Part shown: positions 33,301-38,383 of the stretch, piece by piece
How the letters are laid out: each line of letters begins with the position of its first letter
Numbering within the stretch: the first letter of the stretch is position 1
Translations under genes and position numbers: made by a program
Assembly (NCBI GenBank): GCA_049999805.1
Contig: JBNGIO010005089.1
Location: 1-38,383 of the forward strand
DNA from: Folioceros fuciformis
Lineage: Eukaryota
DNA length: 38,383 nt
Direction of reading: 5' to 3'
The notes under the pieces: generated by a model
Databases searched by the model: none
Told to the model about the DNA's origin: nothing
Seen by the model: the letters and a program-made list of their open reading frames with translations, nothing else

Positions 33301-33977
33301 GAAAGTCTGGGAGCATGGCTGATGCACAACTGGTCTTTGATGCCTTGCCTAAAAGAGACCTCATTGCCTGGAGTGCTCTTATATCAGGCTATGCCTATCA
33401 AGGAGATACTAATGTGGTCTTTGACTTGATCCAGAGAATGAGAGAGGACGGCATAGAACCAGATGGTATCACCTTCCTGAGTGTTCTGAAAGTATGCAGT
33501 CATTCCGGCCTTGTGGACGAGGGGAGAGAGCACTTCGAGACTATGAGGAAACAGTATGGCATCCCTCCCCTGGTGGAGCACTACACATGCATGGTGAGCC
33601 TCCTGGGCCGCGCGGGCCATCTGGATGAAGCACTAGCTCTGGTGAGGACAATGTCTGTGCTGCCTACCGTTTCGATCTGGCACACTCTTTTGAGCGTTTG
33701 TGGAAAGTGGAGCAACGTGGAGGTGGGACGCCATGCTCTCCACCAAGCATTGAAGCTAGACAACAACGATGCCGCAGCATACGTGTTGATGTCAAACATA
33801 TACAGCGGTGCTCAAATGTGGGAGGAGGCAGAGGAGATGCAAGCAAGGAGGATAGGTATCGGGGCGTGGAAGGAACCTGGTCAGAGCTGGTGGACTGACT
33901 TGGACGGACATGTGCATAGCTTTGTGGTAAGGGATACGAAACATCCAAACTCAACCCACGCTGATCTCAGACTCTAA
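30345..33977 (+). CDS. Long PLS-E1-E2 PPR RNA-editing factor with WW-type PG box; DYW truncated
   Basis: Nine S-type 'MY.K.G/MYASHG' motifs in highly similar ~104-aa triplets, followed by L2/S2/E1/E2 and 'KEPGQSWWTDLDGHVHSFVVRDTKHP', with a stop 10 residues later. Close paralogue of 25732-28008. Start codon uncertain. Confidence 0.93.
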   Translation: MTASSPLIGHKTQRQQFWKCRMLDSSRLEGVALCREAAGSSNLRFESAEGSVERAISLKQMEHRIMLDDPASQRPVVGERGVTADTVSKLCQKGYLSEAVEALGVLVQMHCCVSKALFYAVLRKCMVKKDLALGRRVHALAVREGYQSDTFLGNHILRMYASHGRLEAAMDVFTMVVNPDAFTWSAMISAHVKHGRNKQAIELYHRMRRSGVKPDGHVLVAALQACAKGADLRTGQQVHAYVLACGIEPDLFVCNGLVDMYAKCGSLEEAQGVFDGLGRKDVVTWNAMLAAYSHQGRGQEALHIYSAMEEEGLVAPDSKTFVSLLQACASLGTPALEKGKEFHADIRERGHEADMFVASSLVNMYTKCGSIEDAQDVFNGLSQKGVVAWTAMISGYSQQGKGQEALNLHSAMQDEGIAVPDSVTYVCLLQACAIVGAPALERGKQLHVQIRQRGLQADVLANCLVNMYAKCGSLEEAQRVFDGLDKKCVVTWTALIAGYSQQGMGQEALRLYSCMQEESIIVPDPVTFVCLLQACASVGPPALEEGKQLHRLINERGHQADVFVSNSLVNMYSKCGSLKLAQIVFDGLRQKDVVTWTALIAGYSQQGMGQEALSIYRAMQDDGLAAPNSVTFVCLLQACASVGTSALEMGKLLHAQLREQGHQVDVFVANSLVTMYAKCGSLEDAQGMFDGLDGKDVVTWNSMIAGYCQQGMGQEALRVYSAMQEECMAEPDPVTFLCVLQACAKVGTRALEMGKQLHATIRERGLQTEVFIANSLVDMYAKCGSIEDARRVFDGLAQRDVVTWNAMIAGYSQQGLGQEALHLYRAMQEEGIAVADGITFACLLQACASMGTLGLEKGKHIHAQLRERSTHDTRVANSLVNMYAKCGTLDEARRVFDELDQKDAVTWNAMIAGYFQQGLGEEALRLYSAMQDEGISVPDAATFVSLLLACANVAALHLGRLLHLQIEERGLETDPCVAGSLINMYGKSGSMADAQLVFDALPKRDLIAWSALISGYAYQGDTNVVFDLIQRMREDGIEPDGITFLSVLKVCSHSGLVDEGREHFETMRKQYGIPPLVEHYTCMVSLLGRAGHLDEALALVRTMSVLPTVSIWHTLLSVCGKWSNVEVGRHALHQALKLDNNDAAAYVLMSNIYSGAQMWEEAEEMQARRIGIGAWKEPGQSWWTDLDGHVHSFVVRDTKHPNSTHADLRL

Positions 33978-34045
33978 GCAGGAAGCACCTAACCAGCACA
34001 CTCAATTATTCTCAAACTTTCTCCCAACACCGTGGGAGTGATAGT

Positions 34046-35482
34046 CTAGGATTTTCCTTCCGTGCTTTTGTTGTTGTCCTTCAGCTTCTCTAAAGCTTCA
34101 ATTACCACTTGGGCTGCTGTATTTTCAGCATGTTTCTTGCAATTTTGTACAGCCCCTGTGCCTTCAACAACGTCAATGATGGTACCCACACGTGAATCGG
34201 TCACCGTGACCTTTACCTTGCACTCGAATCTGCAGATAATATGGTTGTGAGCATAGCTTTAAGTCAGGGACTTCTGTGGTGGATGTATTGAAGCAGTATC
34301 TCACCTTCTTCGATGAGGGGGTCCTTCTTCGTGCATGGAGTAAACCGGTGAAAGCCAATGGTTTTGTGAACAAAGTTCATGGAGTTTGGCCTTATATCCA
34401 AGAGACGCATCTTTGCGTTTCTTCTTCTTGGATTCCACATCGTCCAGCTCTACGGAAAGAAAAATGTTAAGTCAACAACATGCAGTATGACAGAGGTGCA
34501 AGGGGCATAACAACAAGACTTACTTATTTTCTTCGGTGAAACTTCTGTATCTGCAGGTTCTAGCGTTCGTTTCTGGATCAAGTGAAAACAGAATCTTTAT
34601 TCACTTTCAAGAAATGTCAGCGTCAAGTTTGAATCAAAACTATCATTTCAATGCCTAAAGACAAAAAAAATGAAAGACTTTGTTATGACATGAAAACAAG
34701 GAACATAAGATTCTTACCAATGAGGGAGAACCTAAGAGCTCATCTAGAGTGACGACTGGCAACATAAGTGGATAGATAATGTTCCACGTTCTTCGAAAAT
34801 CATCTTTGGTATCAATGAAAATTGCAGCAACAATGCTTTCCACAATATCTGCCAAAACCTATTGAAAGAAACGCTATTCAATCGACATAGTCAGACACTT
34901 GGGTGCACATATAACACATAGAGGAGCATTGAGAAGAAGGCTACAATACCTTGGGACACTTCTCGCCATTGATGTCATCAATATTGCAGTTTGTGACCAA
35001 GGAATAAACGCTTCTCTCTCTATGCTGAATGTAGCGGCCAAGATCATGCTTGACAGCAACCTTTGCAAGTGACTCGTTGCTCACCATAATTGATCTCATA
35101 CGAGTCATGTCACCTTCAGAAGCCTTTGAATAATTTGCATAGAAGTACCTAGTTACCATGCCGCTGAGCAAAGTGTCTCCCAAATGTTCTAGCCGCTACA
35201 AGAGAAACATTGAACCATAAGACATGCTCCCAAAGGAAGAAAACCAATTGCAATGTTGGGCTTAAGTCGCACAAATATTTAGAAACATAATCAACAATAC
35301 ATTATAACAAAACATACCTCATAAGAACCCCATATGCCAGCACCTTCATGTGACTTATGAGTTATTGCTGCTAACAAAAGAGTCTTATCCTCAAAATTGT
35401 ACCCCAACTTTGCCTCAATTGACTTAACTGCCTCTTTCGGAGAAAAGTACACGTAGTCCTCCATTACTTCGACTCCATACAT
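34046..35482 (-). CDS. RNase III-like (RTL-type) protein: one RNase III domain, basic NLS-like patch, one dsRBD; possible extra 5' exon to ~35701
   Basis: 'IEAKLGYNFEDKTLLLAAITHKS..SYE|RLEHLGDTLL..SEGDMTRMRSIMVSNESLAKVAVKHDL..CPK|VLADIVESIVAAIFID'; 'SKKKKRK'; dsRBD 'YKAKLHELCSQNHWLSPVY..EGPPHRR|RFECKV..KKHAENTAAQVVIEAL'; stop TAG at 34046. Confidence 0.9.
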
Positions 35483-35525
35483 CTAAAAGAAAAATCACAT
35501 GACTGAGGAAAAGAAAACGTGCTTC

Positions 35526-35653
35526 AATGACCCCTAGATCATAACAGTTTTGCCATATGCACTTACATATATAGGGTAGATTGGCTCAAATGACCCCTAG
35601 ATCATAACAGTTTTGCCATATGCACTTACATATATAGGGTAGATTGGCTCAAA
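35526..35653. repeat. Perfect 63-bp tandem duplication
   Basis: 'aatgacccctagatcataacagttttgccatatgcacttacatatatagggtagattggctca' at 35526 and 35589. Confidence 0.95.
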
Positions 35654-36157
35654 CTGTCGCTCTTTCTGATGTGACCTTCGATAATGGAAACCAATATTCA
35701 TAATATCAATAAACAAAAGATCACTTCCCAAATTGAGGTAGATGAGACTTGTGTTAAGTTTATTGTATGTATATGTTGAAGCTTGACAGTGATTGAGACA
35801 AGGTTTTGTTTAGTCATCATCTAGAGACATGATTTGCATCTCTTCTTTTATCTCTGTAATAGAATCTAATGATGAGCTCAATTTGAAAAATACTGGAACC
35901 CTCTGATGTTCAAAGGAGCTAGCTAGCACCTCTTCTTCTCGCCCTGCTTTTGTTGTTCCTCCTTATCTTTAGAGTAGATGGACTTTCCATCTCTTTTTCA
36001 ATAATAGAAAGTATATTCTAACCAGTTTCATAAATACCAACTTATGCACACATTTCTACTGCTATAGAGAGAGTAGTCCCACCACACTTTTCATTGCATG
36101 GTTCTAGAGTGTGTGTCCCCAGGGCATCACATCATTCTTAAGTGTGTGAGGGGTTTT

Positions 36158-36312
36158 GGGAGTTGAAGAGGTTCTAGTTGTGGGAGTTCAAGGGATTCTA
36201 GCTAAGAGAGCTGCAAGTTGAAGGGGTTCTAGTTGCGGGAGTTGAAGGGATTTTAATTATGGGAGCTATAGGCAGAAGGGGTTCTGATTGTAGAGTTGAA
36301 GGAATTTTAATT
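36158..36312. repeat. Degenerate ~24-bp minisatellite
   Basis: About 6 variants of 'gggagttgaaggg(g/a)tt(c/t)ta(g/a)tt'. Confidence 0.7.
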
Positions 36313-36965
36313 AACGGATTCAAATGGCCAAGAGGTTGATCTAGAATTAGATAGTGTTTTTTTTGTTTCCACCCAAGTAGGCGGCATAGCTTTTTGGTTT
36401 AGGATTTTGGTAAAAAAAAGGCGATACCACTTTTTGGGTAGTTGAGAGGGAAGGTAGGGAGGAAGAGAGATCCATTGTGGGGAGATGTAAACAAATTACA
36501 AACATATAATAAATATTTCAATTAATAATGAACATTCATGTATATATGTTGAATAAACTAAAACTTACTCAAACATTATTCTACTCAAAGTTCTTTTAAT
36601 TATCATATTATGAATCATCATCCTTTTTAAACTAGTATTCTGAAGGAGTGTGACCTTTAACCTGACATACACACCCTAATGAAATAGTTTGTCCCCTTGT
36701 ATGATATTATCTAAAACCCTAAACCCTAAGTTCATATAAACAACACTTATAAGGGTCTATGAGCTTGGCAACTTACATGCCTATCTACTTGCAAGCTTAT
36801 GAGCTAGCTTGCTAGCTCTAGGATCTATAAGCTTTGCTCCTTGGATGCTGAATCTGAATCACACTTCCTCTTTTATTGTCCTGACTATGCCGATATGTGG
36901 TCTCATTACTCCCTTCTTTTTTAGTATGCCGACTTCTCGCTGTACAGATTTTTTTCTTCGCAAGT

Positions 36966-37070
36966 TCCTAGGCTCTCTAGACTATGTCATTTTTTTCTTT
37001 CCACATTCCTAGGCTCTCTAGACTATGTCATTTTTTTCTTTCCACATTCCTAGGCTCTCTGGACTGTGTC
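36966..37070. repeat. ~40-bp tandem repeat (2.5 copies)
   Basis: 'ttcctaggctctctagactatgtcat(t)nctttccaca' twice, plus a partial third copy. Confidence 0.85.
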
Positions 37071-37826
37071 TCTCTGAGCTTCTTGATCTTCGGTAGTCCT
37101 TGTTGGACTCCTTGTAGTCTTCGCCTTCTTTTCTATTTCCTTGGTATAGGTACTCCTTCTCTAGTTCAAACGTACATCATAAGTGTTCAAACATACATAA
37201 GTGTACTCGGTTTTCAAACCTCTTATACGCTGTACTATCTTGTGTCCATGATGGTTCTTCCATCCTTAGTGGACATAAATAAAATTGTTGTTGTTGTTGT
37301 TGCTACTCCTTTCTATCCCACCTAATGATTGGTGGAAACAGCATTTGCCTTTCAACAACACTTCTCTAGGTCAAGATCAATCTAGGCTTTTCTTTTCCAT
37401 AGGCGTTCTCAATGGTGCACACAAGTTTGAGAATGTCATATACGCACCATAAATAGTGTTCATGGCATCGTGAGCAATCCGTGAACATAAGGATACGGGA
37501 ACACAATATAGATAAGGGAAGACGGTGGGATGCATCCCAAATGCCGGTGCATCCCGGTGGTCAGAGCAACCTAGTATGAGTGGTGGGGCCCACGTCTGTG
37601 CACCAGTAATACGATAATATATGTACATCGCTCGACGAGTTTTAGGATCCGGCGTCGGGAATCGCACATCTGTTCTATCGGCCGTTCTCGGCAGGATCCG
37701 CTAGGCAAGTGGTAGAGGGAAACGTGNNNNNNNNNNNNNNNNNNNNNNNNNNNNNNNNNNNNNNNNNNNNNNNNNNNNNNNNNNNNNNNNNNNNNNNNNN
37801 NNNNNNNNNNNNNNNNNNNNNNNNNN

Positions 37827-38383
37827 TGCCGAGATTGTGGACGAAGGACACGTTAAACGTAGAGATGGGGAGGCAAACGAGGGGACGGAATGGCAAACAA
37901 GCGTCCGTCGAGCTTGTGGACGGCTCCACGCTGACGGGATGCTCCGGACTGGGCCGGAGATGAATGGAGTGCAGGAAGCGAGCCATGAGGAGGCCATGGA
38001 ACCGAGCGGCCAGCTTGTTGCTCACGCACCGGCGAAGGCCGGAGCTGAACACGAACAGCTCCATGTGCTGCCCGTTGGGTTCGATGTGGCTGGCGTGCCC
38101 GTGCCCGTTCATGAACCTCTGCGGCATGAAACGGTCGGGGTCGGGCCACACCGTCGGGTCTCGCCCGATGCCGTAGATGTTTACGATGACGGTTGTGCGT
38201 GCGGGGATGCGGTATCCGGCCACCTCCTGTTTCCACCAGGTTGAAATGCGGGGGACAGATGGGCTCCGGGGGGTGTAGCCGCCACGCCTCCTTCATCACG
38301 GCCCGGAGGAAAGGGAGGTCGGCCAGGTCCGATTCCCAGACCACCCGTTCCCGCCCCACCACTGCATCCAGCTCCTTGTACAC
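37827..38383 (-). pseudogene. 3' part of a cytochrome P450 (CYP71-clan-like) with a +1 frameshift at ~38230; pseudogene or sequence error
   Basis: '[34 protein letters not shown]' (ExxR), then in a shifted frame '[37 protein letters not shown]' and heme motif '[10 protein letters not shown]'. Truncated by the window end and followed by an N gap (37727-37825). Confidence 0.8.

Noticed and set aside
22716-33954. Many antisense and alternate-frame ORFs over the PPR genes
   Set aside because: Shadow ORFs of repetitive coding sequence with no recognisable motifs.
36714-36818. Two telomere-type AAACCCT units and a short palindrome (gagctagcttgctagctc)
   Set aside because: Too short to distinguish from chance in AT-rich intergenic DNA.

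Overview
Gene-dense eukaryotic nuclear DNA from a seed-free land plant, with short GT-AG introns of about 60-130 nt. The WW-type PG box (PGQSWWTD) of two PPR genes suggests a hornwort; this is inference. Contents in order: the 3' part of a multi-exon filamin-repeat + REJ-domain surface protein gene (+); a convergent single-lobed transferrin gene with all iron ligands, a signal peptide and a GPI-like tail (-); a DNAJB12/14-type J-protein (+); three tandem B3-domain paralogues (-; one pseudogene, one short, one full length) with an LTR-like remnant between them; three PLS-class PPR genes (+; one PLS-only, two with truncated WW-type DYW ends); a class-IV aminotransferase-like gene (-) that is fragmented in the ORF track; an RNase III + dsRBD (RTL-like) gene (-); and the 3' end of a frameshifted cytochrome P450 (-). 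The most striking observation is a pair of tandem-duplicated, frame-incompatible exons in the full-length B3 gene, each encoding the N-terminal part of the B3 DNA-binding domain. This is the signature of mutually exclusive splicing. All gene models were spliced by eye and have no transcript support.
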